Below are positions 57,108 through 64,000 of a stretch of 64,000 nt of DNA, piece by piece. Source of the stretch: an uncultured Clostridia bacterium (GTDB lineage: Bacteria > Bacillota > Clostridia > Oscillospirales > CAG-272); assembly GCA_944381075.1 (NCBI GenBank), contig CALWJT010000006.1, positions 7,575-71,574 on the forward strand, written 5' to 3'. The position numbers and the translations under genes are program-made. Every line of letters starts with the position of its first letter. The first letter of the stretch is position 1. The notes below the pieces were generated by a model, which was given only the letters and a program-made list of their open reading frames with translations, made no database searches and was not told the DNA's origin.

Positions 57108-57965
57108 TCACAGCGTGAGCATATCGGAGATCCGCGCAAAATCCACAAGACCGAGCGCCTCGCCTCGGATATCCGTCCGATAGCCGAGCGCCGCAAGCGT
57201 CTGCTCGATCTCCGCCTTCGTATGGCGGATGGTTTCCCCCGCCAGAGAATTGGCAAGCGTTTTTCTGCGCTTGGCAAACGCGCCGCGGATGACCCGCATC
57301 AGATTTTCGCGGCTCTTACATTGTACGGGAGGGGAGCGGTAAAGGTTCATGCGGATGACCTCGGAGGTCACCTTCGGCGGCGGAAGGAAGCTCGACGGCG
57401 AAACGGAAAAGCACTTTTCCGTTTCGGCATAATATGCGCACACCGCCGTGATCGCACCATATTCGGGCGTTCCGGGCAAGGCGCAGAGCCTGTCCGCTAC
57501 TTCTTTCTGGATCATGACCGTCACCGCCTCAAAAAGCCCATCCGTTTCAAGCAGGCGCAGAAGAATCGGAGACGTGATATAATACGGAAGGTTGGCGCAG
57601 ACGCAGACGCGCATCCCGCCGAACTCCTCTTTTACAAGCGCCGCAAGATCAATCTTCAGCGCATCTCCCTGTACCACCCTGACATTTTCATAGCCCGAAA
57701 GCGTCTCTGCAAGTACCGGCAGCAGGGAGCGGTCCAGCTCGACTGCCACGACTCTGCGGTAGCGCTGCGCAAGCTTCTGGGTCAGTGTCCCGATGCCGGG
57801 ACCGATCTCAAGGATCCCCAGCTCATCGTCTCCCATGCCCGCCGCCTCCGCGATCCTGCATACTGTATTTTCCTGAATCAGAAAATTTTGACCATACCGT
57901 TTCTGCGGCGCGACGCCGTATTTCTGCATCAGGGAACGAACCGTTGAAATATCCGTCAGCCTCAT
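57108..57965 (-). CDS. rsmA: 16S rRNA (adenine1518/1519-N6)-dimethyltransferase
   Basis: Motifs QNFL, LEIGPGIGTLT and NLPYYITSPIL. The ATG is at 57965. Confidence 0.9.
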   Translation of the reverse strand: MRLTDISTVRSLMQKYGVAPQKRYGQNFLIQENTVCRIAEAAGMGDDELGILEIGPGIGTLTQKLAQRYRRVVAVELDRSLLPVLAETLSGYENVRVVQGDALKIDLAALVKEEFGGMRVCVCANLPYYITSPILLRLLETDGLFEAVTVMIQKEVADRLCALPGTPEYGAITAVCAYYAETEKCFSVSPSSFLPPPKVTSEVIRMNLYRSPPVQCKSRENLMRVIRGAFAKRRKTLANSLAGETIRHTKAEIEQTLAALGYRTDIRGEALGLVDFARISDMLTL

Positions 57966-58011
57966 AGGTGACAATTCCTTTCAGAATTTTGCTTTTATTT
58001 TGAATTAGGTG

Positions 58012-58040
58012 TTGACAAACCGAATTTGTTATGATAAAAT
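58012..58040 (+). promoter_or_regulatory. Promoter of the tRNA-Thr/tRNA-Gly unit
   Basis: TTGACA, 17 bp, TAAAAT, 21 nt upstream of the tRNA 5' end. Confidence 0.6.
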
Positions 58041-58061
58041 AGTCCATGCAAAAAATCCGAT

Positions 58062-58137
58062 GCTAATGTGGCTCAGTTGGTAGAGCAGTTGATTCGTAAT
58101 CAACAGGTCGGGGGTTCGAGTCCCCCCATTAGCTCCA
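58062..58137 (+). tRNA. tRNA-Thr (anticodon CGT)
   Basis: Hand-folded cloverleaf. Acceptor GCTAATG/CATTAGC, anticodon loop TTCGTAA, T-arm GGGGG-TTCGAGT-CCCCC, encoded CCA. Confidence 0.9.
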
Positions 58138-58161
58138 AACTCCGCTTGCCGGAGTTTTTTT
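58138..58161 (+). terminator. Intrinsic-terminator-like hairpin filling the spacer between the two tRNA genes
   Basis: AACTCCG / CGGAGTT stem with a 5-nt loop, then T5. tRNA-Gly starts at the next base. Confidence 0.5.
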
Positions 58162-58235
58162 GCAGGCGTAGTTCAGTGGCAGAATCTCAGCTTCCCAAGC
58201 TGATTATGCGGGTTCGATTCCCGTCGCCTGCTCCA
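58162..58235 (+). tRNA. tRNA-Gly (anticodon CCC)
   Basis: Hand-folded cloverleaf. Acceptor GCAGGCG/CGCCTGC, anticodon loop TTCCCAA, T-loop TTCGATT, encoded CCA. Confidence 0.9.
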
Positions 58236-58584
58236 CGCGGGAGCAAAGTCCGCTTTGCATCCGCATTTTTCTTTTTCAGAAGCTTCCTCTCGTTTCGCTC
58301 CGCAGGCAAAGGGTGTTTTTTATCTGCCCGGAACACCGGCAAAAAGCCACGCCCCATTTCCAGCGGGAAGCACACGCGTCGCTTTTTGCAGGATTTTTCC
58401 TCCCTGCGCCGCCTCTCGACGCAGGCTTTTTTATTATAGCGCAGCCGGCAGAGAAAAGCAACCAATATTGAAAAGATTTCCGAAAAAATCTGCCATTCCA
58501 TTCTCCTATGGCGAGGACAGGAGCCAAATTGAAAAAAGACGGCTCTTTTTTTGTCTGTACGGCGAGAAAGGCATTTTCGTCTCA

Positions 58585-58625
58585 AAAATAAAAGACCGCA
58601 CCGGATTCCGGTGCGGTCTTTTATT
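58585..58625. terminator. Bidirectional terminator after the deo/EamA/GNAT transcription unit
   Basis: GACCGCACCGG / CCGGTGCGGTC stem flanked by an A-rich and a T-rich tract. Confidence 0.7.
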
Positions 58626-59838
58626 CGGATGATTCGGGGTCCCTTTGCCCCGGCTGAAGCTGCGCGGGAAAATACTGCTTTTTCATCGGCGGGAAATTCC
58701 GGTCGAAGTCCTCGGCCTCCGAGGGCGACACCGCTTCAAAAAGCGCCGCCTCATGGAAATTGCCGGAAATCCCCCGCATCGCGCCCGGGGTCAGCTCCAC
58801 CCCCAGCAAGGCAGGCGGAATTTTCCCATCCGGCGTGGTGATGCCGAAGCGCGCACAGCTGCAAAATCCAACGCGCGAATAATAGGCAGGGCTACCGAAT
58901 ATAACAATGCCCGGATATGCCGCCTTTCCTGCAAGCGCCATCGTCTCCCGCATCAGCATCTCCCCGATGCCGGCGCCCTGCCATTCGGGCGCGACGCCGA
59001 GAGGACCGAACGTCAGCACCTCCCGGCGCCGTTCCCCTTCGCCGACCGACGAACGGGTATAAAAAATCCCGCCGGCAATCTCCCCGTTCACAACGGCGAT
59101 GCGGCAAAGCTGCGGCAGGTAATCCGCATCCTCTCTCATTTTATGAAGCAGATAATGCTCGTCGCACCCGCGTCGGTATCGGTTCCAAAAGGCGCACCGG
59201 ATCATCTGCTCGACCGCATGGTATTCCTCCGGACGCTCCTCACGGATCTCCACCTCCTGTCTGGCAAGCTTTCTCGGACGATGCGGAAACCAGCCAAGCT
59301 CCATACGGACCTCGCGGCGCTCGATGTCGCAGTTGCTGTAGGCGCATGTATCGCATCCGATGAGGGTAAATCCCTCATGCAGATAAAAGCCGACGGCGTT
59401 TGCATTGCAGGACTGCGTTTCCAGAATGACGGCACGGCGGCATTCCAGCCTCGCCTGCTCCTTGGCGACCGCCATCAGCGCGCGCCCGATCCCCTGCCGC
59501 CGGTAAGATGCATCCACCCAAAGCTCCGTCACGCGCAGCCGGTTCGACCATGCTTCAGGACAGGTCTCGATGGCGGCGATAAGACGCTCCCCCTCGATCA
59601 CGCCCCATGCGCAGGCGCCGTCCCACCATGGCTCATACAGCTTGTCCGGAAAGTCATATTCCTCCGGAGAATGCGCAATGGGCGGATCCGCCGTCCGCCT
59701 CCGGAAGGAAACGGAAAAGCCGTCCGCTGTGCGTTCCGTTTCCACCGCGTAGTATTCGTTTGTCGTATAGCCGATGGGGAGCACGGTCCCCTGCCATTTC
59801 TCCTTTGGCAAATGAACGATTCGATCTGTATCTATCAT
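58621..59838 (-). CDS. Two-domain GNAT acetyltransferase (streptothricin-acetyltransferase-like N-domain fused to a YhbS-like GNAT)
   Basis: The N-domain has ELWVDASYRRQGIGRALM...ILETQSCNANAVGFYLHEGF. The C-domain has LGVAPEWQGAGIGEMLM. The start at 59838 follows AAGGAG. Confidence 0.7.
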   Translation of the reverse strand: MIDTDRIVHLPKEKWQGTVLPIGYTTNEYYAVETERTADGFSVSFRRRTADPPIAHSPEEYDFPDKLYEPWWDGACAWGVIEGERLIAAIETCPEAWSNRLRVTELWVDASYRRQGIGRALMAVAKEQARLECRRAVILETQSCNANAVGFYLHEGFTLIGCDTCAYSNCDIERREVRMELGWFPHRPRKLARQEVEIREERPEEYHAVEQMIRCAFWNRYRRGCDEHYLLHKMREDADYLPQLCRIAVVNGEIAGGIFYTRSSVGEGERRREVLTFGPLGVAPEWQGAGIGEMLMRETMALAGKAAYPGIVIFGSPAYYSRVGFCSCARFGITTPDGKIPPALLGVELTPGAMRGISGNFHEAALFEAVSPSEAEDFDRNFPPMKKQYFPAQLQPGQRDPESSE

Positions 59839-59863
59839 AAAACTCCTTTTCGGGTCCCATCCT

Positions 59864-60739
59864 TTAACGGAAAATCGCCATAGCAAGCGTTCCGACGGTG
59901 ATAAGGGAAAGACCCGCTCCCGTTTTTTTCGTCAGCTTCTCCCCGAACACAAAATAAGCGAGCACAGCCGTGATAACGATACTGAGCTTGTCGATGGGCA
60001 CGACCACGCTCGCCTGTCCGCGAAAGAGCGCCCGATAATAGCAAAGCCATGAAGCGCCCGTCGAAACGCCGGAAAGACAGATAAACAGGAGCTCTTTCGG
60101 CGGAATATGCCGTACCTCTCCCGTTTTCCGCGTAACGAGCACCATGACCCATGCCATCACGAGCACCACCACCGTCCGAACCGCCGTCGCGAGATTGGAT
60201 TCGACGTTCTCTGCACCGAGCTTTGCCAGTACCGAATGAAGGGCGGCAAACAAGGCGGAGCCCGCCGCAAACGGAAGCCATGCGCGTTTCTCGCGCGCGC
60301 CGTTCCCCGCCTTTTTCCATTCCAGCATCAAATACGTTCCGACGGCAATGAGAAGCGTGCCGCAAAGCTTGACGGCAAGATGCGTCGTTTCTCCGAATAT
60401 CAAAATGGAAAGCAGCACCGTAAGGATCGTGGAGGACTTGTCCACAGCCGTTACCCGGTTCACTTCCCCTATGGAAAGCGCATGAAAATAGCAGAGCCAC
60501 GACGCGCCCGTCGCAAGTCCCGATAAAATAAGAAACAGCAGCGATTTCCCGTCCAGAGAAGCAATATCTCCGGCCGAGCCGGCAATTCCTGCGACAAGCC
60601 ACGATCCCGCCAGCACCACGACGGTTCGGACCGCCGTTGCAACCGTTGAATCCGTCTTACGGATACCGATTTTGGCAAGGATGGCGGTAAGTCCGGCAAA
60701 AAATGCCGATAAAAATGCAAATAAGATCCACATAAACAC
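59864..60739 (-). CDS. EamA/DMT-family transporter
   Basis: 291 aa with ten TM helices and a duplicated EamA pattern. Confidence 0.8.
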   Translation of the reverse strand: MFMWILFAFLSAFFAGLTAILAKIGIRKTDSTVATAVRTVVVLAGSWLVAGIAGSAGDIASLDGKSLLFLILSGLATGASWLCYFHALSIGEVNRVTAVDKSSTILTVLLSILIFGETTHLAVKLCGTLLIAVGTYLMLEWKKAGNGAREKRAWLPFAAGSALFAALHSVLAKLGAENVESNLATAVRTVVVLVMAWVMVLVTRKTGEVRHIPPKELLFICLSGVSTGASWLCYYRALFRGQASVVVPIDKLSIVITAVLAYFVFGEKLTKKTGAGLSLITVGTLAMAIFR

Positions 60740-60760
60740 GCCTCGGTGAAAGGATCTGTC

Positions 60761-62062
60761 TCAATCAAGAATTTCATAGATCAGCGGCATGGGCTCCGGC
60801 CGATCCTCGGAAAACGCAAGTGCGGAAAGGAATATTTCCTGCGCTTCCGGCAGTCTTGCCTCGTCGTTCGTATGCAGCTCGCAGAGCGTTTCGCCGCATG
60901 CCGCCCAGTCTCCGGTCTTTTTCCGGAGCAGAATGCCGGCACTGTGGTCGATGGGCTCACCCTTTTTTTCGCGGCCGGCGCCAAGCACGGAGCTTGCTCT
61001 TCCGATCTTGTCCGCGTCCATATGGGAAAGCCATCCGTCCTGCGTCGCCCTCACCGTATGGATCCGCTTTGCCCTGCGGAATTTTTCCGGCCGCTCGATA
61101 TAGGAAGCATCTCCGCCCTGCGCCGTTACCATTTCGCACAGCTTGCGCATGGCGGACCCGTCCGCCATCGCCGCTTTGCAGCGCTGCGCGGCGGCATCCC
61201 TGTCTATGCCCACCGCAAGATGCAGCATCTCGCCGGCCAAAGCAAGACATACCTCGGTAAGATCCGCCGGACCTTCCCCCGCCAGAACACGGACCGCCTC
61301 CGCCACCTCAAGGGCATTGCCGACCGCCTGTCCCAGCGGAGCATCCATATTGGTGAGCACCGCTCCCATCCGCCGTCCCGCGGCTCTGCCGACGGCCGTC
61401 ATCTTAGCGGCAAGCTCTTTTGCCGCCTCGATATTTTTCATGAAGGAACCGCTCCCGACCTTGACATCGAGAACAATGGAGCGTGCGCCCGCCGCCAGCT
61501 TTTTCGACATGATGCTCGAGGCGATGAGCGGAATGGAATCCACCGTCGCCGTCACGTCGCGCAGCGCGTAAAGCTTTTTGTCCGCCGGCGCAAGATTGCC
61601 GGACTGTCCGACAACGCAAAGCCCATGCCTTGCCGAAAGCGCGAGAAATTCATCTGAGGAAAGCTCCGTACGAAAGCCCGGGATCGATTCCAGCTTGTCG
61701 ACCGTGCCGCCGGTAAAGCCAAGCCCCCTGCCGGACATCTTCGCCACGATCCCGCCGCAGGCGGCGACAAGCGGCGCGACGACAAGCGTCGTCTTGTCGC
61801 CGACGCCGCCCGTACTGTGCTTGTCGACCGTCCGGCCGCCGAGCGAGGAAAGGTCCAGCCGGTCGCCGGAGCGCGCCATCGCGTCGGTAAGTACCGCCAG
61901 CTCCCTGTCGCTCATGCCGCGGAAATACACCGCCATCAGCCACGCTGAAATCTGATAGTCCGGAATGCCTCCGTCCGTGACGCCGCGGACGAGCCATTCG
62001 ATCTGCTCGCGCGAAAGCCCGCTGCCGTCCCGCGTCCTCTCAAGGATATCGGTCATACGCAT
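60761..62062 (-). CDS. pdp: Pyrimidine-nucleoside (thymidine) phosphorylase
   Basis: 433 aa with VDKHSTGGVGDKT and SGRGLGFTGGT. Confidence 0.9.
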   Translation of the reverse strand: MRMTDILERTRDGSGLSREQIEWLVRGVTDGGIPDYQISAWLMAVYFRGMSDRELAVLTDAMARSGDRLDLSSLGGRTVDKHSTGGVGDKTTLVVAPLVAACGGIVAKMSGRGLGFTGGTVDKLESIPGFRTELSSDEFLALSARHGLCVVGQSGNLAPADKKLYALRDVTATVDSIPLIASSIMSKKLAAGARSIVLDVKVGSGSFMKNIEAAKELAAKMTAVGRAAGRRMGAVLTNMDAPLGQAVGNALEVAEAVRVLAGEGPADLTEVCLALAGEMLHLAVGIDRDAAAQRCKAAMADGSAMRKLCEMVTAQGGDASYIERPEKFRRAKRIHTVRATQDGWLSHMDADKIGRASSVLGAGREKKGEPIDHSAGILLRKKTGDWAACGETLCELHTNDEARLPEAQEIFLSALAFSEDRPEPMPLIYEILD

Positions 62063-62071
62063 ACCGTCACC

Positions 62072-62800
62072 TCACGCAGAAGCCGTCTTGTCCAGCGCCT
62101 CCGCCATGCCGAGCGCCAGCTCCATCATCTGTGTATAGGAGCTTTGCCGCTCTTCGGCGCTCGCATGCTCGTCCCGAAGGATATGGTCGGAGATCGTACA
62201 TATGGCAAGCGCATTTTTTCCAAGCCTTGCCGCATTCATATAAAGCGCCGCCGCTTCCATTTCTACGGCAAGCACGCCCATTTTCGCCCATTCGCGGGAC
62301 GCCGTGGGGTCATCGTGATAGAACGTATCCTCGGAAAGTAGATTGCCGACATGCAGAGAAATCCCCTCTTTCTCTGCGATCCTGTCCGCTGTTTTCAAAA
62401 GCTTGTAGCTCGCTGTCGGCGCGTACGTTCCCTGAAGCCGGTATTGTGCGGCAAACGCGGAATTGGTGCAGGCACCGAGTCCCGCGACAAGGTCGCGCAG
62501 GTTCAGCGCATCGGAGATCGCGCCCGCCGTACCGATGCGGATGATATTTTCCACATCAAAAAAACGGAAGAGCTCATAGCTGTAGATCGCCATCGAAGGC
62601 ATGCCCATGCCGCTTGCCATGACCGAAACGCGCGTGCCGTTCCACGTGCCGGTATAGCCCTGCACGCCGCGGATATTATTGACAAGAACCGGGTGCTCAA
62701 AATACGTCTGTGCAATGAATTTCGCGCGCAGAGGATCGCCCGGCATCAGAACGGTTTTTGCAAAATCCCCCGGCGACGCCGCTATATGAGGTGTTGCCAT
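62072..62800 (-). CDS. deoD: Purine nucleoside phosphorylase DeoD-type
   Basis: MATPHIAA...MPGDPLRAKFIA and VEMEAAALY. The ATG is at 62800. Confidence 0.9.
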   Translation of the reverse strand: MATPHIAASPGDFAKTVLMPGDPLRAKFIAQTYFEHPVLVNNIRGVQGYTGTWNGTRVSVMASGMGMPSMAIYSYELFRFFDVENIIRIGTAGAISDALNLRDLVAGLGACTNSAFAAQYRLQGTYAPTASYKLLKTADRIAEKEGISLHVGNLLSEDTFYHDDPTASREWAKMGVLAVEMEAAALYMNAARLGKNALAICTISDHILRDEHASAEERQSSYTQMMELALGMAEALDKTASA

Positions 62801-62844
62801 AGTCAAAAATTCCTTTCTTTCTGTTTCTCTTCTTTCCTATAACT

Positions 62845-63525
62845 TCATTTCCTTGGACCGCCCGGACCGGCAATGCCGGCTTTCATGGCGAGCTTTACAA
62901 GCCGGCTCGTCCCGAGCCTGTCCGCACCGAGAGAAAGAAGTGCCTCGGCGTCCTCGAACGTGGAGATCCCTCCCGCCGCTTTGATTTTCAGGGTCGGCGT
63001 ACGATGCTCGGCAAACAGCCGAATATCTTCCCTTGTCGCGCCGCCCGAAGAAAAGCCCGTGCTCGTTTTGATAAAGTCCGCGCCGGAAGCAGCGACAAGT
63101 CCGCATACGCGGATCTTTTCCTCCTCGCTGAGCAGGCAGGTCTCCACGATCACCTTCAGGACCTTCCCCTCGCACGACGCCCGCACCGCCTTGATCTCCG
63201 AAAGAAGCTCCGCATAACGCCTGTCCTTCAGCCATCCGATATTGATCACCATGTCAATCTAATCTGCGCCGTTTTTGACAGCATCCTCCGCCTCATAGAC
63301 CTTCGCCGCCGTCGTCTCATATCCATTGGGGAAGCCGATAACGGTGCAAACCCGCATTCGGTCCCCGACATACTCCCGCGCGGCGTGGACATAAGACGGC
63401 GGAATGCAGACGGAGGCGGTCTGAAAGCGAACGGCCTCGTCACAAAGCACGCCAATCTGCGCCTGCGTCGCAGCAGGCGCGAGCAAGGTATGGTCGACCT
63501 TTGACAAAATCGTTTGAATATCCAT
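62845..63525 (-). pseudogene. deoC: Deoxyribose-phosphate aldolase interrupted by one in-frame TAG
   Basis: The two ORFs (63259-63525 and 62845-63252) are in the same frame. The sequence reads ...AVKNGAD-TAG-IDMVINIG..., where DeoC proteins have GADE(I/V)DMV. The Schiff-base region FIKTSTGF is in the downstream part. Confidence 0.8.
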
Positions 63526-63587
63526 ATAACGGGTCCCTTTCCTCCTTCTTTTTTCACTCGACTGCCTCGGAAATATCCGTTATTTTT

Positions 63588-63616
63588 ATTATAGCCCGTA
63601 AAGCTGCCGCTGTCAA
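63588..63616 (-). promoter_or_regulatory. Consensus promoter of the deo operon
   Basis: TTGACA, 17 bp, TATAAT on the minus strand. A GGAGG RBS lies before the ATG at 63525. Confidence 0.6.
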
Positions 63617-63695
63617 TCGGTTAAGAGCTTCATCCGGAATTTTTTGGAATTGTTATGCTTTTCCGCAATTTTTTTCATTTTCTTTTAGAATTGGG

Positions 63696-63724
63696 TTGAC
63701 AAAGCGCCCGGAAAGTGCTAAGAT
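63696..63724 (+). promoter_or_regulatory. Promoter of the tRNA-Leu/tRNA-fMet unit
   Basis: TTGACA, 17 bp, TAAGAT, 24 nt upstream of tRNA-Leu. Confidence 0.55.
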
Positions 63725-63748
63725 AAATAAGCAGGCAGACCGAACGAT

Positions 63749-63837
63749 GCCGGAATGGCGGAACAGGCAGACGCCCGGGACTTAAAATCCCGTGGGACTA
63801 ACATCCCGTACCGGTTCGATCCCGGTTTCCGGCACCA
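63749..63837 (+). tRNA. tRNA-Leu (anticodon TAA), class II with a long variable arm
   Basis: Acceptor GCCGGAA/TTCCGGC, anticodon loop CTTAAAA, variable arm GGGA..TCCC, T-arm ACCGG-TTCGATC-CCGGT, encoded CCA. Confidence 0.9.
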
Positions 63838-63843
63838 AGATAG

Positions 63844-63921
<78 letters not shown>

Positions 63922-63928
63922 ATGAAAG

Positions 63929-63976
63929 CGCTGTGCCCATCGGACTTTTCCGAGCGGCACAGCGTTTTGCTTTTTT
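63929..63976 (+). terminator. Intrinsic terminator after the tRNA pair
   Basis: CGCTGTGCC / GGCACAGCG stem followed by TTTTGCTTTTTT. Confidence 0.65.
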
Positions 63977-64000
63977 CTCGGAAATTGAGGTTTGCTACTT

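Noticed and set aside
63259-63261. Reassignment of TAG (pyrrolysine or a sense codon) as the explanation for the in-frame stop in deoC.
   Set aside because: TAG terminates at least two well-supported genes in the same window: the ligase at 3254-3256 and rsuA at 21420-21422. No pyl genes are visible. A nonsense mutation or a sequencing error is more parsimonious.

Overview
This 64-kb window looks like it comes from a high-GC, endospore-forming Firmicute, probably a Clostridia or Oscillospiraceae-like gut anaerobe. That placement is an inference from gene content, since no database search was possible. All product calls rest on motifs I recognised in the supplied translations. Most genes lie on the minus strand and are core functions. 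They include a 12-gene fatty-acid and phospholipid cluster (acpP-fabK-fabD-fabG-fabF-accB-fabZ-accC-accD-accA, an AMP-forming ligase, then plsX). They also include the complete spoIIIAA-AH operon, dGTPase-dnaG-rpoD, hflX-yigZ, rpmE, spoIIGA-sigE, three tandem M42 peptidases, murD, rsmA, and a deoC-deoD-pdp nucleoside operon. Two tRNA pairs are present (Thr-Gly and Leu-fMet). The accessory content sits at 13-30 kb: an MFS transporter, a stand-alone tyrosine recombinase, an M6-like metalloprotease lipoprotein, and two paralogous cassettes of a secreted S1 protease plus a lipoprotein. A 1232-aa orphan lipoprotein lies at 35-39 kb. The strongest candidate for something new is a 165-bp element at 15059-15223. 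It has perfect 19-bp inverted repeats around a near-consensus promoter and ends 12 nt from the recombinase stop codon, which is the architecture of a phase-variable invertible promoter. Gene decay is also visible: a frameshifted S1 protease, a multiply frameshifted ANT-like nucleotidyltransferase, and an in-frame TAG in deoC. Several non-coding structures remain unexplained. Coordinates of starts, promoters and hairpins were read by hand and may be off by a few nucleotides.
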